Assembly (NCBI GenBank): GCA_030682495.1
Contig: JAUXOC010000026.1
Coordinates: 15,129 to 79,128, forward strand
Direction of reading: 5' to 3'
DNA length: 64,000 bases
Origin: Alphaproteobacteria bacterium
GTDB taxonomy: Bacteria; Pseudomonadota; Alphaproteobacteria; Micavibrionales; UBA2020
Shown: in pieces, positions 49,008 through 57,615 of the stretch
How the letters are laid out: the number at the start of each line of letters is the position of its first letter
Numbering within the stretch: position 1 is the stretch's first letter
Notes under the pieces: model-generated
Databases searched by the model: none
The model's input: only the letters and a program-made list of their open reading frames with translations
Told to the model about the DNA's origin: nothing
Made by a program: the position numbers and the translations under genes

Positions 49008-49565
49008 ATGAACAGCACCGATAGCCCCCCTCCCATCATGCCGCCGCCCCCCGCCGTTGCCGAAGGCATCAGCCCGAGCCTCTATAACATGTGGCGCTGC
49101 GTGATCTGTATCGCCCATGCCGATGGCATCATCCAGCCGGAAGAGCGGGCCTATCTGGAGCATATCTTCGCCAACCTTGACCGCACCTATGGCCTGACAC
49201 CGACGCAAAAAATGACGCTGGCCGCCGATCTTGAAATTCCGCAGAACCTTGCCGACCTGCTCGCCAAAGTGACGGAGCCGGAATATCGCGGCATGCTGAT
49301 CCACTTCGGCACCATTCTGGCGAATGCCGATGGCATCATCACCGAAGACGAAGAGCAGATCCTGAACATGCTGCACGCCCAGCAGATGGACAGCATCGAT
49401 GCCGAAAAGCTGCGTGAAGACATTCGCAAGGATATGGAAGAACACCGTGCCGAGCTGGATGCGGAAGTGGCCGAGATGCGCGCCGAAGCCCGCGGCAAAA
49501 GCCCCGTCCTCAAATCGCTTGACCGGATGCTGAAAAAACTGGGCATCGATATGATCGGCCACTAG
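49008..49565 (+). CDS. TerB-like domain protein, tandem paralog 2
   Basis: LYNMWRCVICIAHADGIIQPEERAYLEHIF...MLIHFGTILANADGIITEDEEQILNML. It has the same length (185 aa) and the same C-terminal ending (L..LGIDMI) as paralog 1. Confidence 0.6.
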   Translation: MNSTDSPPPIMPPPPAVAEGISPSLYNMWRCVICIAHADGIIQPEERAYLEHIFANLDRTYGLTPTQKMTLAADLEIPQNLADLLAKVTEPEYRGMLIHFGTILANADGIITEDEEQILNMLHAQQMDSIDAEKLREDIRKDMEEHRAELDAEVAEMRAEARGKSPVLKSLDRMLKKLGIDMIGH

Positions 49566-49603
49566 GCCGCATCATCTGCCCGATTCAAAGTCTCTGAAAA
49601 AAA

Positions 49604-50869
49604 TCAACGCGCGAGCATTTTCTCGATCAGCGCGGGCGCCATGCGGTGTTCCGGCCCGACGGCGACGTTGCCGTTGACGGCGGCGTCGATCTGGGCATCG
49701 GTGAAGCCCTTCTTGCGCGCGATGTCGGCCAGACGTTCCGCACGGCGCGGAATGGTCGGGTGCGTGGAGGTGGCGTTTTTCCATGCCGTGCTGAGGAAGC
49801 CGGATTTGGGCAGCGTGCCAAAAGCTTCCTTCAAGCTTTCTTCCTGAACGGTTTTCATCTTGCGCAACGCCGTGATAAGCGCAAGCGGGCTGGCGCCCAG
49901 TTCAACCGCACCGCGGTCGGCCTGATATTCATTGCTGCGGCTGAAGGTGCCGGCGACGACTTTGGTGGCCGCAGAAACGGCCTTGGTCGCGACATAGAAG
50001 AACGGATACAGCGGGTTGAACAGCGATACGGCAACCGTTGTGCCAATTGCGCCGACCACTTTGATTTTCTGACCGGCTTTTGTCTTTTCCAGTCTTTCGG
50101 GCATCGAGAGCTGCTGATCCGGCTTTTTCAGCAAATCCCATTTGCCGCCCCATCTGGCAGCGGCGAGTGTGGTACCAATGCCGGTCGCAATCGCCACCGG
50201 TACACCGACCCAGCCAGCCGACAGGAAAGCGGCGAAGCGCGTCAGACCGTTCGCAAGCGTGATTCCGGCGCCCAGCAGTTTTTGCGGCAGTGACAGATGC
50301 TGGTGTTTTGCGGCGGCATGGGCGAATTCGTGGGCGAGGACGGCTTTTTCCTCCGCATCGTTCAAAAGCGCCAGCAGCGGCTTGGAAATCATGATGATCG
50401 GTTTGCCGAGGTTCATGGCGGCCGCATTGTGTACATCGGCCATGCTGTTAAACTGTTCGCGCAGCGCCTTGCGGACACCTTCCGGCTTGTCGGCGATTTT
50501 CTTCTCGTCGATGCGGAAATCGTATATGGGGAAATCGGTGGCCGTGAGGCCGGAAGCCGCGTAAAGCTCTTTGGCGATTTTGCCGAGGTTGGGCGACACC
50601 ACCGAAACGTCCGGATGCTGGAGGAGATTTTCCTCGAAAACTTTTTTCTGCGATTTGATGCCGATATAGCTGAGCCCGCCGACCAAAACCGCCGCCGCGC
50701 CGATGGCCCAGACCGGAGCCACCAATGCCGTGGTCGCCAGAAGGCCTAGCGTGGCCGTATAATGCACAGCGGCGCTGGCAACGTGTCTTGCTGTATAAAG
50801 CTGTGCGGTCATCTGAGCCCCCTTAAAATCCCGTCCTGCGGCCTTTGCGCCGGAAAACATGCAAATCAC
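49604..50869 (-). CDS. Membrane M48-family zinc metallopeptidase, paralog 1
   Basis: N-terminal TM helices. AVLAHEFAHAAAKH (HExxH), then NEYQADRGAVELGASPLALITALRKM (the third-ligand Glu region), as in HtpX/M48. The start is uncertain (an alternative is MTAQLY at 50812). Confidence 0.75.
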   Translation of the reverse strand: MICMFSGAKAAGRDFKGAQMTAQLYTARHVASAAVHYTATLGLLATTALVAPVWAIGAAAVLVGGLSYIGIKSQKKVFEENLLQHPDVSVVSPNLGKIAKELYAASGLTATDFPIYDFRIDEKKIADKPEGVRKALREQFNSMADVHNAAAMNLGKPIIMISKPLLALLNDAEEKAVLAHEFAHAAAKHQHLSLPQKLLGAGITLANGLTRFAAFLSAGWVGVPVAIATGIGTTLAAARWGGKWDLLKKPDQQLSMPERLEKTKAGQKIKVVGAIGTTVAVSLFNPLYPFFYVATKAVSAATKVVAGTFSRSNEYQADRGAVELGASPLALITALRKMKTVQEESLKEAFGTLPKSGFLSTAWKNATSTHPTIPRRAERLADIARKKGFTDAQIDAAVNGNVAVGPEHRMAPALIEKMLAR

Positions 50870-51016
50870 TATACCTAAACATTATGAAAAGTAAAGACGT
50901 TCTTAAACCCGACCCTGCGTATTTTCATGTAGATATACAGAATTATTATTGATTTACAATCACTTGTCTACAAAAACCGGCGGCATTTCTTTATTCACGG
51001 CGCCTGCATAAACTAC

Positions 51017-52201
51017 TTATTGCGCCTGCATGCGCTGAATCAGCCAGAGCGGGTAGTTGTGTTCTTCACCGATCACAATCGGGCCTGTGGCCGCGGCTTT
51101 GATCTCGCCGGCGGGTATACCTTGCCGGCGGGCCACCGCCGACAGGTTCCGCAGGCGATGCTTCAGACTTGGATGCGTACCCAAAAGCCGTGCCCGCCAA
51201 CTATCCTGCCTCTTTGTCACCACCGCAGCCCCGAGCGCCCGTTCTTCCAGTAGGCGCAATTTGCGCAGCGCCGTCATCAGCGACAGCGGGCTGGCGCCCA
51301 GTGTCACAACCTCTGCATCGGCTCTGTATTCATTCACGCGGCTGACAGCCCTTGTTATCGTCGCGGCCAGCCAGTGCATGGAGAGGCTAAAAACATAAAC
51401 GGCCAGATACAGCGGGTTGAAAAAGGCCATGATCACCGAAGCCGTAAGAAGTGTGCGCCGCCAAATGCGCGATGCCGCGTTGGCTTTGCGCAAGAGATAC
51501 ACATCATCAGGCATGCCGGGGTTATGATGTATAATAAAACCATCCCCGCTGAAATTTCGCAGTATAAACCACATCGCCACCCCCATCGCCAGCGATGTGG
51601 CAATCGCCCCGCCCGAGGCCGAAAAAAACCACAGCATCTGTATCATGACACAAGCCCAGTACACCACACCGGCAAAGAGGTTGTGAATATAACGCCAATA
51701 TAAATGTGCTTCGATCAAATGTATGAATTCATGTGCCAGTACCGCGCGCTCTTCTTCGTCATCCATCAGGGCGAGCAGCGGGACGGAGACCGCCAGCACC
51801 GACCGTCCCAAATTCAGCACCGCAGCAGAAGGGATTGCCGCCTCGGTGCCAAAGGGGGTTGCGGTTTTCTCGGCGCCCTCGGCGGTGCGGAAATCATAGA
51901 GCGGATAATCCTGCGCCCGCACGCCCGCGCGCCGGTAAAGATCGGCCATGATGCGCCCCAGATTGGGCGAAATATCGGACACATCCGGATGCACGGAAAG
52001 GTTTTTGACAAAAAGACGTTTACGGCTGCGCAGGGCCCACATGGCCGATATGGCGACAATGACAATCCCAAGTGCGACCGCCCAGGACGGATCCGCCCAG
52101 ACGCAAATCGCCAACTGCGCAAAGATACCAAAATAAAGACACGCGATGGACAGAATATAGCGCAGATCACGGAAGAAACCGCCTGCGCCGGCCAACATCA
52201 A
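51017..52201 (-). CDS. Membrane M48-family zinc metallopeptidase, paralog 2
   Basis: AVLAHEFIHLIEAH, then NEYRADAEVVTLGASPLSLMTALRKL. It shares ISPNLGRIMADLYRRAGV..YPLYDFR with paralog 1. Its start overlaps the mrcA stop by 4 nt. Confidence 0.75.
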   Translation of the reverse strand: MMLAGAGGFFRDLRYILSIACLYFGIFAQLAICVWADPSWAVALGIVIVAISAMWALRSRKRLFVKNLSVHPDVSDISPNLGRIMADLYRRAGVRAQDYPLYDFRTAEGAEKTATPFGTEAAIPSAAVLNLGRSVLAVSVPLLALMDDEEERAVLAHEFIHLIEAHLYWRYIHNLFAGVVYWACVMIQMLWFFSASGGAIATSLAMGVAMWFILRNFSGDGFIIHHNPGMPDDVYLLRKANAASRIWRRTLLTASVIMAFFNPLYLAVYVFSLSMHWLAATITRAVSRVNEYRADAEVVTLGASPLSLMTALRKLRLLEERALGAAVVTKRQDSWRARLLGTHPSLKHRLRNLSAVARRQGIPAGEIKAAATGPIVIGEEHNYPLWLIQRMQAQ

Positions 52202-54885
52202 TAAAGCCCGCCCAGACCCGTATTCACGCTTTCTCCGACATTTGTCACGTCGGAAATGGAAGAAACGCCTTCGCCGGTGAACATCATCGGCTCCTCGCCC
52301 GGTTCGGTACCGGCAACGAAAGCCTCAAGGATCGGCTTTTCGGTGGCCGGCCCCGCACGCGTGCCGCTTTGCGGATCGACCAGCACAAGACGGATGCCTG
52401 CGGGCACACGGAAGGGCAGCGGCGGCGTGTCTTTCAGCGCCTGCTGCACAAAGTCTTTTACCACCGGCACGGCAACGCGTCCGCCGGTTTCCTTCGCCCC
52501 CATCGGACGCGGGTCGTCAAAACCGACATAAACGCCGATCACCAGATCGGGTGTGAAGCCGATAAACCATGCGTCCTTGGACTGGTTGGTCGTGCCTGTC
52601 TTGCCCGCAATCGGCCGGCCAAGGCTATTCAGGGCCGCCCCTGTGCCGCGCTGCACGACACCTTCCATCATGGATACCATCTGGTACATTTGGCGCGGGT
52701 CGGCGATTTGTTCGCGCGTATCGGGAACATCAGGCGTTGCCTGCCCGCTCCACGGCACCATCGGGCCGCAGCCATCGCAAGGGCGGCGGTCATGCACAAA
52801 GATGGTCTTGCCGTTTCTGTCCTGCACACGGTCAACGACCGTCGGGGTGATTTTTTTGCCTCCGTTCACAAAAACGCTATAGGCCGCGACCATCCGCTGC
52901 AGCGTCGTTTCACCCGCACCAATCGACATCGACAACATGGTCGGCAGATTGTCGGTCACGCCAAACTGGCGGCAGATTTCGGCGATACGTTCCATGCCGA
53001 CATAATTGGCAAGGCGAATGGTCATCAGGTTGCGGGATTTTTCAAGCCCCACACGCACCGTTGTCGGCCCGCCGTAATCGGCGCTGTAGTTTTTGGGACG
53101 CCAGTCTTTGAGCCCCGGCCCCTGTTCCATCACAAAGGGCGCATCGAGGACGAGCGTTGCCGGCGTAAAGCCCGCTTCCAGCCCCGCCAGGTAGACAAAC
53201 GGCTTGAAGGCCGAACCAGGCTGGCGGATGGCCTGCGAAGCACGATTGAACTGGCTGATCTCGTAGCTGAAGCCGCCCGCAATCGCAAAAATACGCCCAT
53301 TGTGCGGGTTCATGACAATGATACCGCCCTGCACTTCGGGGATCTGGCGCAGCCACCATGCCGCTTTGTCGCCGCTGCCGCCGGTGTTCTGGATCAGCCA
53401 AACGTCGCCTTTTTTCAAAACATCGCTGACTTTTTTGACTTCGGGCGTGCCGCGTTTACGCGCCCAGCGCATGCGCTCGAAAGGCACCACGGCTTTGCTG
53501 CCGTCGCGCAGCCCCATCGTCGCCTGTTTTTCGCCGCTTTCCAGCACCACGGCGGATTCAAAATCCCCCGCCCCTGCCGGACGCGCAATGTCGCCGAGTT
53601 CTCTTTGCCATTCATCCATATTCGAAATATGGCCGAGCGGGTCTTCGCGCAGGCCGCGGCGCATGTCGTATTCGACCAGGCCCGCCCGCAGCGCTTTTTC
53701 AGCAGCGCGCTGGTATTCGGGGATCAGCGTGGCGCGCGTAATCAGCCCGCCCTCGTAAAGACCCTTTTCACCGTAGAGCTCCAGCAGGCGGCGGCGCACT
53801 TCTTCGGCAAAATACGGGTGGTTGACGTATTGATCGTCATCGCGGCGGTGCGTTTTGAGCGGCTTTTCTTTGGCGGTCACGGCATCTTCTGCCGTGACAT
53901 AGCCGTTTTCAACCATCTGGTCGATCACCCAGTTGCGGCGGCCGATGGCGGCTTCGTAGCGGCGTTCGGGGTGATAGTTGTTCGGTGCCTTGGGCAAGGC
54001 GGCCAGATAGGCGGCTTCTTCGACCGTTAATTCATCGAGCGGTTTGTTGAAATATTCCAGCGATGCTGCCGCCACGCCATAGGCGCGCGCGCCGAGGAAA
54101 ATTTCATTGAGGTAGAGCTCCAGAATGCGGTCCTTGCTGAGCGCCTGTTCGATGCGGAAAGAAAGAATAACCTCGCGGAACTTGCGTTTGAACTTGGCGA
54201 GGTCGTTACCGCGTTCCTCGTCAAGACCGTCTGACAGCAAAAAGTTTTTGGCGACCTGCTGCGTGATCGTGGACGCGCCGACCAGCCGCTTGCTGGAGCC
54301 CATATGGATCAGGTTGTCGCGGATAGCGCGCGCAACGCCGGTCGCATCGATCCCCGGATGCGTGAAAAAGTTTTTATCTTCCGCCGACAAAAACGCATGC
54401 ACGACCAGATCAGGCACATCCTGCACGGCGATAAAGACACGCTTTTCGGCGGCAAATTCCGCGAGCAAGCGTCCGTCGTTGGCATAGGCGCGCGTGACAA
54501 TCGGCGGCTCATACGTGGCAAGCGCGCTGTAATCGGGCAGATCCTGACTGAAATAGAACAACAGCGCCACAACCGCCGCCACACCGGTAATGGCACCCAT
54601 CACGGCAATCGAAATCATCGCCATAAAAATACGCATAAACCAGCCGGGGCCGCTGCTGCGCGGGCGCGGCTGCGTATCGCGCACCGGCGGTTTGCCGTCG
54701 GCCTTGGGCGGCTTGACGCGCGGGGCGGCTTTTTTTGCGGCAGATTTTTTGGGCGCAGCACCGGCGACAGGGCGCACGGCGCGCAGCTCTTTGTTTGACG
54801 GCGGTTTTTTATCGTCGGTCACGGCGGCCTCAAACTTCCATTTTGATCGGGCCCTCGGCAGAGCCCTTGATGAACTGGTCGACAT
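52198..54885 (-). CDS. mrcA: Penicillin-binding protein 1A (bifunctional glycosyltransferase/transpeptidase)
   Basis: GT51 motifs are EDKNFFTHPGID and RKFREV. The transpeptidase motifs are SAFKPF (SxxK) and KTGTT. The longest ORF overlaps mlaF by 56 nt. A GTG at 54822, preceded by GAGG, is a plausible true start. Confidence 0.9.
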   Translation of the reverse strand: MSTSSSRALPRARSKWKFEAAVTDDKKPPSNKELRAVRPVAGAAPKKSAAKKAAPRVKPPKADGKPPVRDTQPRPRSSGPGWFMRIFMAMISIAVMGAITGVAAVVALLFYFSQDLPDYSALATYEPPIVTRAYANDGRLLAEFAAEKRVFIAVQDVPDLVVHAFLSAEDKNFFTHPGIDATGVARAIRDNLIHMGSSKRLVGASTITQQVAKNFLLSDGLDEERGNDLAKFKRKFREVILSFRIEQALSKDRILELYLNEIFLGARAYGVAAASLEYFNKPLDELTVEEAAYLAALPKAPNNYHPERRYEAAIGRRNWVIDQMVENGYVTAEDAVTAKEKPLKTHRRDDDQYVNHPYFAEEVRRRLLELYGEKGLYEGGLITRATLIPEYQRAAEKALRAGLVEYDMRRGLREDPLGHISNMDEWQRELGDIARPAGAGDFESAVVLESGEKQATMGLRDGSKAVVPFERMRWARKRGTPEVKKVSDVLKKGDVWLIQNTGGSGDKAAWWLRQIPEVQGGIIVMNPHNGRIFAIAGGFSYEISQFNRASQAIRQPGSAFKPFVYLAGLEAGFTPATLVLDAPFVMEQGPGLKDWRPKNYSADYGGPTTVRVGLEKSRNLMTIRLANYVGMERIAEICRQFGVTDNLPTMLSMSIGAGETTLQRMVAAYSVFVNGGKKITPTVVDRVQDRNGKTIFVHDRRPCDGCGPMVPWSGQATPDVPDTREQIADPRQMYQMVSMMEGVVQRGTGAALNSLGRPIAGKTGTTNQSKDAWFIGFTPDLVIGVYVGFDDPRPMGAKETGGRVAVPVVKDFVQQALKDTPPLPFRVPAGIRLVLVDPQSGTRAGPATEKPILEAFVAGTEPGEEPMMFTGEGVSSISDVTNVGESVNTGLGGLY

Positions 54886-55600
54886 AAGGATTGCCGGAAT
54901 GATCGATATCGGCGGCTTTGCCGTGCCAGATAATCTCGCCTTTGTAGATCATCGCAATATTATCGGCAATTTTGCGGGCGCTGTGCATGTCGTGCGTGAT
55001 CGACAGCGTGGTTGCGCCAAGCCCCTTAGACGTTTCGACGATCAGATCGTTGATGACATCGGCCATAATGGGATCAAGGCCTGTTGTCGGCTCGTCAAAG
55101 AAAATAATATCGGGGTTGGCCGCAATCGCGCGGGCAAGGCCGACGCGTTTTTGCATACCGCCCGACAGCTCGGCCGGCAGCAGCTTTGCCACGCGCGAGG
55201 GCAGGCCGACCGACCGCAGCTTTTCAATCGCCAGATCATAGGCATCTTTGCGCGACACGCCCTTGCCCTGAATAAGGCCAAAGGCGACGTTTTCCCAGAT
55301 CGGCAGACTGTCAAACAGCGCGCCACCCTGAAACAGCATGCCGAATTTGCGCATCTGCGCATCGCGGTCTTTGCCTTTCAGCTTTGTGGTTTCCTGCCCG
55401 TCGACCAGAATGCTGCCGCTGTCGGGCGTGACGATGCCGAGGACGGATTTAATCATCACCGATTTGCCCGTACCCGACCCGCCGATCACCACCAGCGATT
55501 TGCCTTTTTCGATCGAGATATTCACACCGCGCAGGACATGGTTCGCGCCAAAGGATTTGCGAACGTCTTTCAGCTCCAGTTTTTTGACGGCTCCGGCCAT
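54830..55600 (-). CDS. mlaF: ABC transporter ATP-binding protein, MlaF-like
   Basis: Walker A GGSGTGKS, signature LSGGMQKR, Walker B IIFFDEPT. It directly follows an MlaE-like permease. Confidence 0.8.
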   Translation of the reverse strand: MAGAVKKLELKDVRKSFGANHVLRGVNISIEKGKSLVVIGGSGTGKSVMIKSVLGIVTPDSGSILVDGQETTKLKGKDRDAQMRKFGMLFQGGALFDSLPIWENVAFGLIQGKGVSRKDAYDLAIEKLRSVGLPSRVAKLLPAELSGGMQKRVGLARAIAANPDIIFFDEPTTGLDPIMADVINDLIVETSKGLGATTLSITHDMHSARKIADNIAMIYKGEIIWHGKAADIDHSGNPYVDQFIKGSAEGPIKMEV

Positions 55601-55603
55601 GGT

Positions 55604-56446
55604 TTATTTCCCCGCGAAGAAGAGTTGCGTCAGGAAGTAGTTGGCAATCAGGATCAGGATCGAGGCCGACACAACCGCATTCGTCGTCGCCGCGCCCACA
55701 CCCTGCGCGCCGCGCTGGGAGTTAAATCCGTGATAGCAGCCCATCAGCGTCACGATAAAACCGAAAGCCGAGGCTTTCCACAGACCCGAAATGACGTCTT
55801 CTGCCGTCAGATATTCCCATGTGCGGTGAATATAGTTTTCGGAGATGAAATCAAGCTTGTAAACACCGACGATATAGCCGCCGTAAACGCCGATCACATC
55901 GGCAATCAACACCAGTACCGGCAGCATCAGCGTGCCCGCGATCAGCCGCGGCGCGATCAGGTATTTAAACGGGTGGGTCGAAAGGGTGGTCAAGGCGTCA
56001 ATCTGTTCGGTCACGCGCATGGTGCCGATTTCGGCGGCGATAGAGGCGCCGATGCGCCCCGCCACCATCAGCCCCGCCAGCACTGGCGCCAGTTCGCGCG
56101 TCACCGACAGAACGACAACGGTTGCGACCGCCCCCTCTGCTGAAAAGCGCGAAAAGCCGGTATAGCTTTGCAGCGCCAGCACCATGCCGGTGAACAGCGC
56201 CGTCATGCCGACAACAGGCAGGGAGTAATAGCCGATATCGACCAGCTGGCGCCACAGCAGGCGCGGATAGAACGGCGGCGTAAAGCAGTGATAAATGCCG
56301 CGCCCGGCGAAGGCCGACAAACGTCCGACCGCGCCCAGAAAACCGAGCAAGGTTGCGCCGATGCGGGTGCACAGATCGAGCAGCCAGACCACCGGCGAAA
56401 AACCGCGCGCGGTCTCTGCATCGTCTTGTTGTTCTGTCATGCTCAT
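55604..56446 (-). CDS. mlaE: ABC transporter permease, MlaE-like
   Basis: 280 aa. The motifs RELAPVLAGLMVAGRIGASIAAEIGTMRVTEQIDAL are typical of the MlaE/YrbE family. Confidence 0.8.
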   Translation of the reverse strand: MSMTEQQDDAETARGFSPVVWLLDLCTRIGATLLGFLGAVGRLSAFAGRGIYHCFTPPFYPRLLWRQLVDIGYYSLPVVGMTALFTGMVLALQSYTGFSRFSAEGAVATVVVLSVTRELAPVLAGLMVAGRIGASIAAEIGTMRVTEQIDALTTLSTHPFKYLIAPRLIAGTLMLPVLVLIADVIGVYGGYIVGVYKLDFISENYIHRTWEYLTAEDVISGLWKASAFGFIVTLMGCYHGFNSQRGAQGVGAATTNAVVSASILILIANYFLTQLFFAGK

Positions 56447-57615
56447 GCCGCACCCCCGATATAAAGCCGCGGCGTGCGAATGCCGAGGCCGGTAAAAATC
56501 TCGTAGCCAATCGTGCCGGCCTGTGCCGCCACATCGTCCACGGTTTGATGCGGGCCGATAATTTCAGCCCAGTCGCCCGCGACCGGCTGACACGTCAGAT
56601 GATCTGTCGCGACAATGATGGAATCCATCGAAACGCGGCCAATCACATCGCAAGCCTGCCCGCCGATATATACTTTGCCGCGGCCCGTGAGGCTGCGCAG
56701 GTATCCGTCGGCGTATCCGATTGAAACTGTGACACATTTTTGGCCAGGCGTCACAGCATATCCCGCACCGTAACCAAGGCTGCCTGCCCTGTCAATCGTT
56801 CTGCTTTGCAGAATACGTCCTTCGAACCGTGCAGTGCCCTGCATGGGATTAGAACTGCCACCAAGCGGGCTTATGCCATAAATCGCACAGCCCGGCCGCG
56901 CGAGGTCGAAATGGTAGTCGGGGCCCAGAAAAATACCGCTGGAATTGGCAAAGCTCAGCCGCAGCGGCCGCCCCAGCGTCGCCGACAGCGCACGGAACAA
57001 ATCCAGCTGTTCGGCATTTTTCGGATGCGCGGCCTCGTCGGCGCAGGCCAGATGGCTCATGGCATAGCGCACATCCAGCGCCGCCCAGGTCTCTTTGTCG
57101 GCGGCCAAGGCCGCAACTTCGGTGCCGTTCAGCCCCAGACGGTTCATGCCGGTATCGATATGCAGCAGGCAAGGCAGCTTGCGCCCCACGCCTTCCGCCG
57201 CCGCGCGCCAGACCGCAATATCGGCGGGGCTGTTGAGGACAGGCACAAGCCCGCTTTGGATAAATTCGGTAGGCGGCGCACCGCAAGGGCCTTCGAGCAC
57301 ATAAATCACCGGCGCATCAACAACAACAGGCGCACCCGACACAGGACTGTGCGGAAAAGATTTGGCGACCGTGGCCAGCGCCGCCTGAACTTTTAGCCCT
57401 TCGGCATATTGCGCGACAAAAAAATGGCGGCAACCTTGCAGAAACAGCGTGCGCGAGACAGCCTCGGCACCAAGGCCATAGGAATCAGCCTTGACCACAG
57501 CCGCGCAATCCGCGCCGTTTTGCAGTTTCTTTTTGAGGAGCAGCCAGTTCTGCGCAATCGCGTCCAGATCGATTGTCAGCGTTGAGGACGGGCCATAAAA
57601 CGCCGCATCACTCAT
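56443..57615 (-). CDS. alr: Alanine racemase
   Basis: AVVKADSYGLGA (PLP-Lys context). The true start is MSDAAFYG at 57615. The longest ORF (to 58053) is an out-of-frame read-through across the dnaB 3' end. Confidence 0.9.
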   Translation of the reverse strand: MSDAAFYGPSSTLTIDLDAIAQNWLLLKKKLQNGADCAAVVKADSYGLGAEAVSRTLFLQGCRHFFVAQYAEGLKVQAALATVAKSFPHSPVSGAPVVVDAPVIYVLEGPCGAPPTEFIQSGLVPVLNSPADIAVWRAAAEGVGRKLPCLLHIDTGMNRLGLNGTEVAALAADKETWAALDVRYAMSHLACADEAAHPKNAEQLDLFRALSATLGRPLRLSFANSSGIFLGPDYHFDLARPGCAIYGISPLGGSSNPMQGTARFEGRILQSRTIDRAGSLGYGAGYAVTPGQKCVTVSIGYADGYLRSLTGRGKVYIGGQACDVIGRVSMDSIIVATDHLTCQPVAGDWAEIIGPHQTVDDVAAQAGTIGYEIFTGLGIRTPRLYIGGAA

